DNA of 64,000 nt from Erysipelotrichaceae bacterium (GTDB lineage Bacteria > Bacillota_I > Bacilli_A > RFN20 > CAG-826): contig SVBE01000006.1 of assembly GCA_015059065.1 (NCBI GenBank), forward strand, positions 4,412 to 68,411, read 5' to 3'. Shown here piece by piece: positions 13,301 through 17,406 of the stretch (its first letter is position 1; the number at the start of each line of letters is the position of its first letter). The translations under genes were made by a program, and so were the position numbers. Under the pieces are notes generated by a model. The model was not told the origin of the DNA. It saw nothing but the letters and a program-made list of their open reading frames with translations, and made no database searches.

Positions 13301-15546
13301 TCAGATAAATCTAAACGACAGTGTTCGAGAGAAATATAAGAATTTTTTTCAACATCTACCCCAAAACTGCCTTTAACACCACCGACAGTTTCGCTTGTAT
13401 CTTTAACAGTGATAACTGCGCCAGATTTAGCGATAATTTTTGCATCTCCTGATGTTGTAATATCAAGAGTAAATCCATTGAGATCAAGCTTAATATTCTT
13501 GGTTACTTCAAAACTATCTGCCCCAGTTAAATCCAAATCATCAACAAGTTTAATTGTTCCGTTTGCTGAGACAACATTATATGCTTCAGCAAGCGAATGA
13601 TAGTTAACGCCATTTACTTGTGTATAAAGTCTTTTTGCTAGAAGAGTATTTTGGAACCATCCATCACCACCATCAGCATTTGGACGCAAATAGATGCGGT
13701 AGAAACCATCTTCAGGGATGGTATATGAGTCACCACTAGTTGGATATGTATCTTCTACACTACCATCTCCACCATAAACAACTGTACCATGAATTGCTTT
13801 AATGGTAGTACCAGCAGTCAATTTCTTTTCATAATAATATTCATCAGCATCAGTTACCGCTGTATTTTTGGTCATCAAATAATCTTCGACTACTTTGCCA
13901 TCAGTAACACTACCAACAAGATAATAGCCAATTGGATACCATCTTGCATAATAAGATTTAGCTCCGCTATCACCAGGAAGAATTTTGGCAACTGGTTCTC
14001 CAGTAAAAGTAGCGTTGTCCCACCAACCGCCGAAAGAATAATCTGTTTTTGTAATATTAGTTGGGAGTACTAATCCTTCAGCTTCAACATAGTAGGTTGG
14101 AGCTGGAGTAGCAAAAGTACCACCATTAGTGTTAAATGTAACTGTAGGATTCCAACTAGCCCAAAATTCTTTATTACCTATTGCATCTTTACCAATTGCT
14201 GTTACAGAATCACCAGTTAATGCTAAGTTATCGTACCAACCTACAAAGATATGGTTTTCTTTTGTTATATTAGTTGGGAGAGTTACTTCTGCTCCAGTCA
14301 TGTATATGCCTGGAAATCCGCCACTAAATTCACCACCGTTTAAATGATATGTAATTGTTTGTGCAGTAAAAGGACTATCTGAAATTTCACCTTCCGCACC
14401 ACAAATTGTAACAGTGCCACAAGAACCAGAATTGCCTCTACCAATAGCATTGCCATTTCCATCAGGGCCTTTTGTTGCTGTTAATGAAGTGACTTGGTTA
14501 CTAATTGTGATATTTCCACAACTTTCACCATCCCCACAACCAATGCCAGCTCCATTCCTACCACCTGTTGCAGTAATCGCACCACCATTAATTGTGATAT
14601 TTTCATATACTCCCCAATCACCACCACCGATACCAGCAGCTTTCTCACCACCTGTTGCAGTAATCACACCACCATTAATTGTGATTGTTCCACTTTTGCA
14701 CAGATTGCCACCGCCGATACCAGCACCGCCAGTATTGCCATCAGCACCGCCAGTAGCTGTAATCGTACCACCATTAATTGTGATTGTTCCGCCATTGCCA
14801 CTACTGCCACCACCAATGCCAGCTGCCCGCTCACCACCTGTTGCAGTAATCACACCACCATTAATTGTGATTGTGTCAACTGTAGCTTCATGATCATAAT
14901 CAAAACCAGAACCAATACCAGCAGCATTATCCGCACCACCTGTTGCAGTAATCACACCACCATGAATTGTAATTGCACCGACTGAAGAGTGAGAACCACT
15001 ACCAATTCCGGCACCATTACTTTTACCAGTTGCAGTTATAATACCACCATGAATTGTGATATCACCGCTAGCAACATTATACTTGGGGCCAATACCGGCA
15101 CGACCAGAACCAGTTACGGTGAGCTTACCAGCATCTTCTCCATCACTTTGTGCGTAAATCTTTATACTTGCTCCCTCGGTAAGACCTATGCCTTTGGTTG
15201 CAGTTAATTCAAAATTATCACAAAGAATTAAGTTGGCTGTCCCACTTACTTCAATTAAATCGCTAATATTTACATTGCTATTAACAACATACCATCCATC
15301 TGTCCAAGATGTTGTGCTATCTGTAACAATAGTATATTCACTACATCCGCCTTCAACACTTTTGACAGATTTGCTGCTTTCATCCCATGCCATATACGGA
15401 ACTGTATCCGCTGCAAGTGCTTCTTGAGCTACTTGGTTGTTTTTACTAACGAACAAACCCCCAATAGCAAATCCTGCACCTACAAATGCTAGCCCGCACG
15501 CGAAAATAAAAGAATAATTAGAAAATATTTTCTTTCTTTGCCCCAT
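1381..15546 (-). CDS. Giant (4721 aa) multidomain cell-surface repeat protein / putative adhesin with a C-terminal membrane anchor (3 TM helices) and a ~600-aa tail ending in a ribosomal uL15-like domain
   Basis: Single uninterrupted ORF with strong RBS (GAGGAGG, spacing 7) before ATG at 15546. N-terminal hydrophobic segment FIFACGLAFVGAGFAIGGLFV. Repeated Gly-rich motifs ITI(N/H)GG(V/T)ITATGG..AAGIGGG. Two Flg_new/Listeria-Bacteroides repeats (TITYHLNGG..WYDN.., VTFNTNGG..GWWDN..). Dozens of 52-aa helical repeats (A(R)xAYxxL(S/T)DxQKAKVxxATVDTLVAAExTLxIVELP). TM helices IIHIVLIVLVSVLLGLGAPLLLLMVL, AMSFAFIPVILAGSHYL and FIVLYVLAGLLLVVLIALLVMFI. C-terminal ~82 aa align with the uL15 C-terminal domain. 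Confidence 0.9.
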   Translation of the reverse strand: MGQRKKIFSNYSFIFACGLAFVGAGFAIGGLFVSKNNQVAQEALAADTVPYMAWDESSKSVKSVEGGCSEYTIVTDSTTSWTDGWYVVNSNVNISDLIEVSGTANLILCDNFELTATKGIGLTEGASIKIYAQSDGEDAGKLTVTGSGRAGIGPKYNVASGDITIHGGIITATGKSNGAGIGSGSHSSVGAITIHGGVITATGGADNAAGIGSGFDYDHEATVDTITINGGVITATGGERAAGIGGGSSGNGGTITINGGTITATGGADGNTGGAGIGGGNLCKSGTITINGGVITATGGEKAAGIGGGDWGVYENITINGGAITATGGRNGAGIGCGDGESCGNITISNQVTSLTATKGPDGNGNAIGRGNSGSCGTVTICGAEGEISDSPFTAQTITYHLNGGEFSGGFPGIYMTGAEVTLPTNITKENHIFVGWYDNLALTGDSVTAIGKDAIGNKEFWASWNPTVTFNTNGGTFATPAPTYYVEAEGLVLPTNITKTDYSFGGWWDNATFTGEPVAKILPGDSGAKSYYARWYPIGYYLVGSVTDGKVVEDYLMTKNTAVTDADEYYYEKKLTAGTTIKAIHGTVVYGGDGSVEDTYPTSGDSYTIPEDGFYRIYLRPNADGGDGWFQNTLLAKRLYTQVNGVNYHSLAEAYNVVSANGTIKLVDDLDLTGADSFEVTKNIKLDLNGFTLDITTSGDAKIIAKSGAVITVKDTSETVGGVKGSFGVDVEKNSYISLEHCRLDLSEPTIKADLVINRLASGSVVRNINAGNPDADGFISLVRTGTDQEFADDVTELIDAIGVVEPTVASKSLIDYARERYEALTDAQKELVPAEKYTALSKAESDYIDFVKSTINSIPAVGSIVLSDEPAIQNARTIYDALRSSEKTAFPAETYEKLTASETDIVDLKTAKAVEDMIDALPETILFEHDDAVNRASVRYNALSNYQKTKIPAAALSKLQAALAEMADWKTANFVVSEINGLPASENIVIGNKSRIDSARNNYNALTQDQKDKVPGSVLDKLVAAENAYALVKADNDVADVVEVTISKIGKIERTEEFANKLTNARNQYNELTDKQKALVENYSTLVFLENNYAQYLAHSNAVIDKINAIGTVENTEECKEKIDEAREAFEELYDEEKAFVTNYTTLENAETAYAVYSETENVAKIGDVNYTDILTAFNAAKKGETVTLLKDVDLSDKAAGYITLRRDITIDLNGHVLNVTTAPYSYVLWASDGATVRLDNSVPEKGGIKGMLGTDNTTGAKYVLANCFLTLSKANIEERSASIAIPEGYVAKDLNNGRPSVNGYVSNVHIFGDRDYADDVDTLIRAIGKFEYTDACHDLIVAAREAYNLLTPEQKALVRYLSLLQDAEEQYASFVANDIETLIDDEITIADKYNIEKASDEFDDMTEAEQAYVPAATVTKLDDAKTALAEIMEHYTGDDDCTHSLANVTSTVTSKSEIKDYAYASDDAAYSSIGRRVNFPQIPNWTITPGNATITVTFELPTAQEVEVWWRFEYQGGYHTARATITHNSDSPIVYNLTDSSWKIDRYYCEAGTKVFTYRLDVDKTNWKEIPQGRNFYVVPKCISTFDENGICSLCGTKCLHERIGRFYDDLIDEYHFGCRDCHRKIDIATLPYEQEISFDLARQAYETLTVAQKNKFCSSDLFKLEAHEMLRNVQSTEEKNINDAKLAFKVSSLINGLPAVANVTLLHKDDIETARVAYDALTDAQKAYVTSETLSILTDVETKYNQIETTAENQEVTDVINLINSLPALDNISFENRHLIEQARYAYNLLTDAQKANVTNLTTLTNAEIRGERESWTDNITLEKGTYIFVSATDSTKAILNYDGSTIKVAVYDSETINNNNTSNRAFKWKTTIQGTNVYYSLENINDLSVANRLLDVASNGTALTENRALGLVNITTALSENNTNVFRFSKRKGVDMEDNEYFIRCVVTDQNKYDYVITLRDNDTNMGYYVATNEKQIWKVIRVNGDDEFGKMVDDEIDVLPDYSGTTLDNEEAAIHARNSYDALTDYQRGLVKNLSHLQAVEQKIVDIKAANAVDDKITAIGEVADTAASKTKIDTARTAYNSLTVAQKLLVTNYVTLQAAEETCAGFVTSAINALPTPKDIVVSADANLVTAARAKYTALTTEEAAYITQGTIDKLVASEWTITVKSFPPIAEKIPGDGELSLSDKPAVVAARNVYDNLSENQKTIIGDVVLKILTDTETEIANLEAAQAVIDAINNLPSKEDIAATDATAVSNALDAYTGLTDYQKGKVPTALYNKLIASNVAVEILNLPALDDLGLDDYTAVVAARASYDALDVDQEALVSDTVLNTLTAAEKRMTDMAAAKVVYDLINDIGEVTYTEASHNKIVAAREGYNGLIADQKVFVTNYDILVAAEDTYSAAAEASINADLKDIDVSTITIDDKDIIVTAKAKYDELTDEEKANINQDTVDKVLTASLTIDVFEILGASDIDEDISATDAKAIKDAKKFYDTLSVGQKEMLADSIVDKLLSSVAALNIIELPDGLAIQVTDRDAIKNARESYDILLPKQEALVPQTTFDKLVAAENILAVIELPTISEIADGVTANEKKAILDAKSGYDALSDEQKNLVPNEVKDRLFASNATLAIVDIPAAANITSASEQIIQNARTTFDALSDKQEALVPEATLDKLIASEAVLKIVKLPAGTDIKTTDETVIAAARTAYTDLNPAQQALVPQATLDTLVAAETTLQIVKLPAGDNIKATDETVIAAARQAFTDLSDDQEALIAQGTIDTLVAAETTLIIVKLPETSAVTASDAEAIASARFAYNAITENQQALVPQSAKDKLIASEFILSIIGLPTVDEVISGVSDEVKNNVVNACDRYLKLTEAQQALVPDAAKNNLLASATIIYCDRILPAENIDENITPEAANDIKNAKKAYEALTDEQKALIPADSVDKIYTSEATLRIVEIPDIDKIDVSSAQAVNAAKQSFDGLTPEQKNMVPEAKKNVLAASIAVFDIVKLPAGADIKTTDKAAIEAARQAYTDLNNDQKGLVPQSTLDTLVAAETTLQIVELPAGDSIKTTDADAIKAARDAYDALDNAQKAKVDSTTLDTLVAAETTLQIVKLPVGTDIKTTDATAIAAARTAYDALSNDRKAKVAQATVDTLVAAEKTLQIVQLPSGTDIKTTDATDIAAARTAYEALSDDQKAKIAQATVDTLVAAETTLQIVELPEITLISVDDKEVIKAARTAYDLLSDEQKAKVAQETLDTLVASEMTLQIVELPAVSDVTSANGDVIRAARTAYDLLSDAQLELVPYASRDKLIASESALAIAELPVGNDIKATDKTAIEAAREQYEALSDKQKGLVAQATVDTLVAAEKTLQIVELPAGEAIVTTSKAAIEAARAAYEGLSDDQKAKVAQATVDTLVAAETTLTIVELPAGEAIITTSRAEIDAARTAYEALSDDQKAKVAPATVDTLVAAEMTIQIVELPVDSDITPNSRETIEAARTAYEALSSEQKAKVVQSTVDTLVVAETVLEIVELPVGENIKTTDATAIAAARASFDKLSDAQKERVPQYTVDKLVVAEAVLGIVELPVGDNIKTTDADAIKAARDAYDALNDDKQKPFVPQSTLDTLVAAETTLQIVELPAGEAIVKTSRTAIEAARTAYDALTAAQLEKTTQGTLDTLIAAEVTLQIVELPATSEITPESRAVIEAAREAYEALSADQKAKVAKATLDTLIAAETALTVSELPDVSDITPESEEDIEAAREAYDALTPEQKALVSQDTVDTLVAAETTLQIVELPETSEITADSEDTIKAAREAYDALTDDQKAKVTKETLDTLTSSESTLDIVELPIVGELVFEDKESVQAVRDEYEALSDEAKANVPADVLEKLEEAEVEIADIEAAKDTSDMITELPDVSKVTRQDLEEVLASRESYDELTEYQQGKVSEETLTKLEEIEEVFESMDKIDSIGKVAYTKESKALIDDAKAYYDSLNAEQKQAIDNTNALNKAVTDYYAVDNAVTKSDSIVDLRYDARSDSAIKEARKEYEALSQDQKALLPEEALQRIEDGETVYATLDKIYAIGNAEYTAESETLIAEARKAYDEMSEEQKAMVNKADFAVLEQAESNYASQENTANIIHIVLIVLVSVLLGLGAPLLLLMVLSNLKAKRGVKAMSFAFIPVILAGSHYLDSRFIVLYVLAGLLLVVLIALLVMFIKHPEAFKNIKNLFKKEKKMDMTAAPAVQTAPVAQPIPQPLLQEPVSDSEEEETVTVTDEKGNIFQIRFVKSFTAKLIQANEESKKYYEELKNYVLSYKKTTSRVSWNYDSINSGRNPVLKFAVRGKTLGVYFPLNVDEYADSKYKVEKVESKKFEDVPCLYRIKNDRRCEYAKELIDVVMNNLGLEKGEEQKESYYLHYEENKPLIARGLIKELKVQVNKPARETQILSVVTNADGDEVITKQDRNGNIFEIRYIKSFTAKLSQAEQELKDYYNELKNYALGYKKANSRVSWHFDSINVGRNQVIKFAIRGKTLCLYFALNADDYADSKYKVEKVESKKFEDVPCLYRIKNDRRRDYAKDLIDTVMGNVPTEKGKESNEEFRVPFEETKVLLEKGLIKEVKTKVGQKEEIVQSITVEEADKQMSDEKAEASIEIDTVHKKRIGKKEIINIDTLSNSFNNGDEVTIEALIAKKLIPSKTGSVKLLARGTLNKKLTVCLNDYSLQAVKMIALLGGQVKIIK
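1384..1630 (-). other. uL15 (ribosomal protein L15) C-terminal-domain-like segment at the extreme C-terminus of the giant protein
   Basis: Tail KEIINIDTLSNSFNNGDEVTIEALIAKKLIPSKTGSVKLLARGTLNKKLTVCLNDYSLQAVKMIALLGGQVKII was compared with B. subtilis RplO [75 protein letters not shown]. Shared positions include KE..N.D.L..F..G.EVT.E.L, VK.L..G.L.KKLTV, S..A...I...GG...I. Confidence 0.6.
1740..2840 (-). repeat. Intragenic tandem duplication (two ~540-bp copies, ~80-85% nt identity) encoding a duplicated ~180-aa module of the C-terminal tail
   Basis: DNA 1907-2000 (cgtttttaatacggtataagcatgggacatcttcaaatttcttagactccac...) closely matches 2440-2535 (cattcttaatacggtataagcaaggaacatcttcaaacttcttagattcaac...). 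Protein copies: GNIFQIRFVKSFTAKL..SRVSWNYDSINSGRN..KYKVEKVESKKFEDVPCLYRIKNDRR and GNIFEIRYIKSFTAKL..SRVSWHFDSINVGRN..KYKVEKVESKKFEDVPCLYRIKNDRR. Confidence 0.85.
2940..3190 (-). other. Three predicted transmembrane helices separating the large N-terminal region from the C-terminal tail of the giant protein
   Basis: Three hydrophobic 17-26-aa stretches: IIHIVLIVLVSVLLGLGAPLLLLMVL, AMSFAFIPVILAGSHYL and FIVLYVLAGLLLVVLIALLVMFI. They are flanked by KAKRGVK and KHPEAFKNIKNLFKKEKK (positive-inside-like). Confidence 0.6.
3950..7700 (-). repeat. Array of ~156-bp tandem DNA repeats encoding 52-aa helical (FIVAR-like?) protein repeats within the giant gene
   Basis: The unit ...ggtaattcaacgatttgtaaagt.gtttctgcggc.actaa.gt.tc.ac.gt.gcttgagc.actttggctttttggtcatcgcttaatgcttcgtaagcagttct.gc... 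recurs with high identity many times. Protein period is 52 aa (LPAGEAIVTTSKAAIEAARAAYEGLSDDQKAKVAQATVDTLVAAETTLTIVE). More divergent longer variants of the same motif extend roughly to 12500. Confidence 0.85.
13960..14400 (-). other. Two Listeria-Bacteroides repeat (Flg_new / InlB B-repeat-like) domains within the giant protein
   Basis: Motifs Y.LNGG.F....P.....G..V.LP...T....F.GWYDN......V and FNTNGG.F.........E...L.LPT.ITK..Y.F.GWWDN..F.G.P.... Confidence 0.6.
14380..15200 (-). other. Glycine-rich beta-solenoid-like repeats (~9 copies of ITI[NH]GG.ITATGG....AGIGGG) near the N-terminus of the giant protein
   Basis: Periodic protein motif. Its antisense reads as the Pro-rich spurious plus-strand ORFs 14414..14893 and 14494..14985. 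Confidence 0.55.
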
Positions 15547-15688
15547 AACAATACCTCCTCAAATAATTGTTTAGTGGTTTAGATAATTTATCTATTTAAT
15601 GTGTTTGAGTATAAACTCACTAAAAACGTAATTGAGAATAAATATTTATTCAAGGAAAAGAATCGTTAATTATACTTTCTATTATTCA

Positions 15689-15709
15689 AAGTAAATTTTT
15701 TGTTTACTT
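15689..15709. promoter_or_regulatory. Perfect inverted repeat AAGTAAA-N7-TTTACTT; candidate TetR-family operator in the divergent intergenic region between the giant gene and the TetR gene
   Basis: aAAGTAAAttttttgTTTACTTa sits ~30 bp upstream of the TetR start (15738), within the 190-bp divergent promoter region. The giant gene has an RBS GAGGAGG and a TATACT -10-like box further left. Confidence 0.4.
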
Positions 15710-15737
15710 AATGTAAATAAGGGCATAATTTATAGAT

Positions 15738-16316
15738 ATGAAAAATATAGATAAAACCAAACAAGAATTTGAAAAAGCGTTATTCGCATTATTAGAAAAA
15801 GAAAACTATCATAACATCACAATCAACGAGATATGTTCCTTGGCTAATAAAACAAAAATGACTTTTTACCATTATTACAAAAATAAAGATCACCTATTAG
15901 CAGAAGCTTCTGTAAACATCATCAACAAAGAATATAATGATGAATACGAAAAGATATTAAAAAGAGAAACTGACCTTGAAGAAATTGAATATCAATCAAT
16001 CGTTGCAACATTTGATTGGGTCGCTAAACATTATAACCAAATACAAAACCTCTCTTATAAAGGTGAAACTCTTCCTTTAGAAATGTTTAAAAGAGCTCTA
16101 TTTGATAACTATAGGAATTATGTAAGCGATCTTGTTAAGACCAGTGGATATGATATTCCTAGTGACTATCTATCAGTATTCTGTTTTGAAGGAATATATG
16201 GGACTTGCCTATATTATGCCGAACATTTAAAAAATAGTAATGATAAAAACAAAGAAAAAGAAGATATTAAAAAGATGTGTCGATTGTTAGCGAAAGCAGT
16301 AATATCCATTATATAA
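15738..16316 (+). CDS. TetR/AcrR-family transcriptional regulator
   Basis: N-terminal HTH ITINEICSLANKTKMTFYHYYKNKDHLL matches the TetR_N signature (..I...aGvs.gt.Y.hFk.Ke.Ll). 192 aa, all-helical C-terminal region. Confidence 0.8.
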   Translation: MKNIDKTKQEFEKALFALLEKENYHNITINEICSLANKTKMTFYHYYKNKDHLLAEASVNIINKEYNDEYEKILKRETDLEEIEYQSIVATFDWVAKHYNQIQNLSYKGETLPLEMFKRALFDNYRNYVSDLVKTSGYDIPSDYLSVFCFEGIYGTCLYYAEHLKNSNDKNKEKEDIKKMCRLLAKAVISII

Positions 16317-16356
16317 AAGATTGATAACAACATATAAACGTTAATCAAAAAGAAAA

Positions 16357-16444
16357 ATCCCTAAATTTTCTTAGTCCTACAATTTTAGCCATAAAGATAA
16401 TAAAAGCTTGGAATATCCAAGCAATTTCATTCGGGATTTCTTTT
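16357..16444 (+). terminator. Long imperfect hairpin (aaaaatccc ... gcttggaatatccaagc ... gggatttcttttt) downstream of TetR; possible terminator or small structured RNA
   Basis: Outer stem aaatccc/gggattt followed by CTTTTT. Inner perfect hairpin gcttgg-aatat-ccaagc. Confidence 0.3.
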
Positions 16445-16483
16445 TAAGGTCTTACCCTCAGACCATATCTATCAAGAGGTTTC

Positions 16484-16540
16484 CCTTTTGACAACTTTAT
16501 AATACAAAACAAAACCCTATTTTAGAATAGGGAATTAAAT
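16484..16540 (-). terminator. Rho-independent terminator (stem ccctatt/aataggg + T-run on minus strand) embedded in ~55-nt repeat copy A
   Basis: Minus strand reads ccctattctaaaatagggttttgttttg. Located immediately 3' of the 16620..17126 gene. Confidence 0.6.
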
Positions 16541-16619
16541 CAATGCCTAGCTCTAACTCACATGATAGTTTATGCTCAAATCTGTAGTTTTTAGTAAATT
16601 ATCTGCTTAAAAATGTTAT

Positions 16620-17126
16620 TTATTTAATGATAGGAACGACTTTTATAATCGGCTTTTCTTTGTCTAAATGATTTTTATCTAAGATTGTTTTTGGCCTTAA
16701 GCAATATTTAGCATCAACAAATCCAATTGTGCATTTATTATCACTAGCGCCAAGTAAACATTTAATCGATCCTTTTTCAAAATCTTCTTGAACTTCTATT
16801 TCATTAATAAAGAAAGAATCGATATTTATCATATTCCTCATTTTTAATCTAACTAAACCTTTTAACTGTGTAGTCGAATCGCAGTCAAAATCTTCCATTA
16901 ATATTGACTCGTTGAAACATTTATTGAAGAAACATTCTGAAGATAACTTGGTTTTGACTCCCGTTAAATGCAAAAAGTTTGTTTCATAAAAACGAATAAT
17001 ATATTCCTTTTTCATCGTAAAACATTTAGAAGAAATAATGATCTTTTTATTGATCAAAGAATAATATTTCTTAGCTGATTCAATTAATCGATTTCTGATG
17101 GTTTCTTTGAAAGGTACGTTGTCCAT
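16620..17126 (-). CDS. Hypothetical protein (168 aa), Cys-containing, no confident family assignment
   Basis: ORF flanked on both sides by copies of the same terminator-like repeat and adjacent to tRNA-Arg. Contains motifs YIIRFYETNFLHLTGV and CxxxC-like cysteines. No recognisable catalytic signature. Confidence 0.5.
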   Translation of the reverse strand: MDNVPFKETIRNRLIESAKKYYSLINKKIIISSKCFTMKKEYIIRFYETNFLHLTGVKTKLSSECFFNKCFNESILMEDFDCDSTTQLKGLVRLKMRNMINIDSFFINEIEVQEDFEKGSIKCLLGASDNKCTIGFVDAKYCLRPKTILDKNHLDKEKPIIKVVPIIK

Positions 17127-17218
17127 AAATGAAAAAAAGCGTTTTAAGGTGCGCCACCACGAATTGGACAGGTTTAAGGTCTCTGGCCCGACGTATTGGG
17201 TGGTCTTTTATTGTCTCC

Positions 17219-17276
17219 CATCCCTCTTGACAATTATATATTACAAAATAAAACCCTATTTTTCAATAGGGATCTA
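17219..17276 (-). terminator. Rho-independent terminator for tRNA-Arg (stem ccctatt/aataggg + TTTTATTTTG on minus strand); repeat copy B
   Basis: Minus strand reads agatccctattgaaaaatagggttttattttgtaatat directly 3' of the tRNA. About 80% identical over ~50 nt to copy A at 16484..16540, including the upstream ttgacaa...tacaaaa(c/t)aaaa part. Confidence 0.65.
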
Positions 17277-17284
17277 ACTTTAGA

Positions 17285-17361
17285 TGGCACCCTCGAGGCG
17301 ACTCGAACGCCTGACCCACAGCTTAGAAGGCTGTTGCTCTATCCAACTGAGCTACGAGGGC
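17285..17361 (-). tRNA. tRNA-Arg (anticodon UCU)
   Basis: Reverse complement gccctcgtagctcagttggatagagcaacagccttctaagctgtgggtcaggcgttcgagtcgcctcgagggtgcca folds as a cloverleaf: 7-bp acceptor, D-arm gctc/gagc, anticodon loop cuUCUaa, T-loop ttcgagt, encoded CCA. Confidence 0.9.
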
Positions 17362-17406
17362 ATAGCAAGTATTATAATAGGAGAAATATTCTTATTTTTC
17401 AAATAG

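Noticed and set aside
14414-14985. Plus-strand ORFs 14414..14893 (Pro-rich, 159 aa) and 14494..14985 (Cys/Thr-rich, 163 aa)
   Set aside because: They are the antisense reading of the Gly-rich repeat region of the giant minus-strand gene (GGx repeats read as PPx on the opposite strand). They have no RBS and are fully embedded in a high-confidence CDS.
16484-16530. ttgacaactttataat inside the repeat element looked like a sigma70 promoter (-35 TTGACA / -10 TATAAT)
   Set aside because: Spacing between the hexamers is only ~5 nt instead of 16-18. The element is better explained as the 3' flank of a minus-strand terminator.
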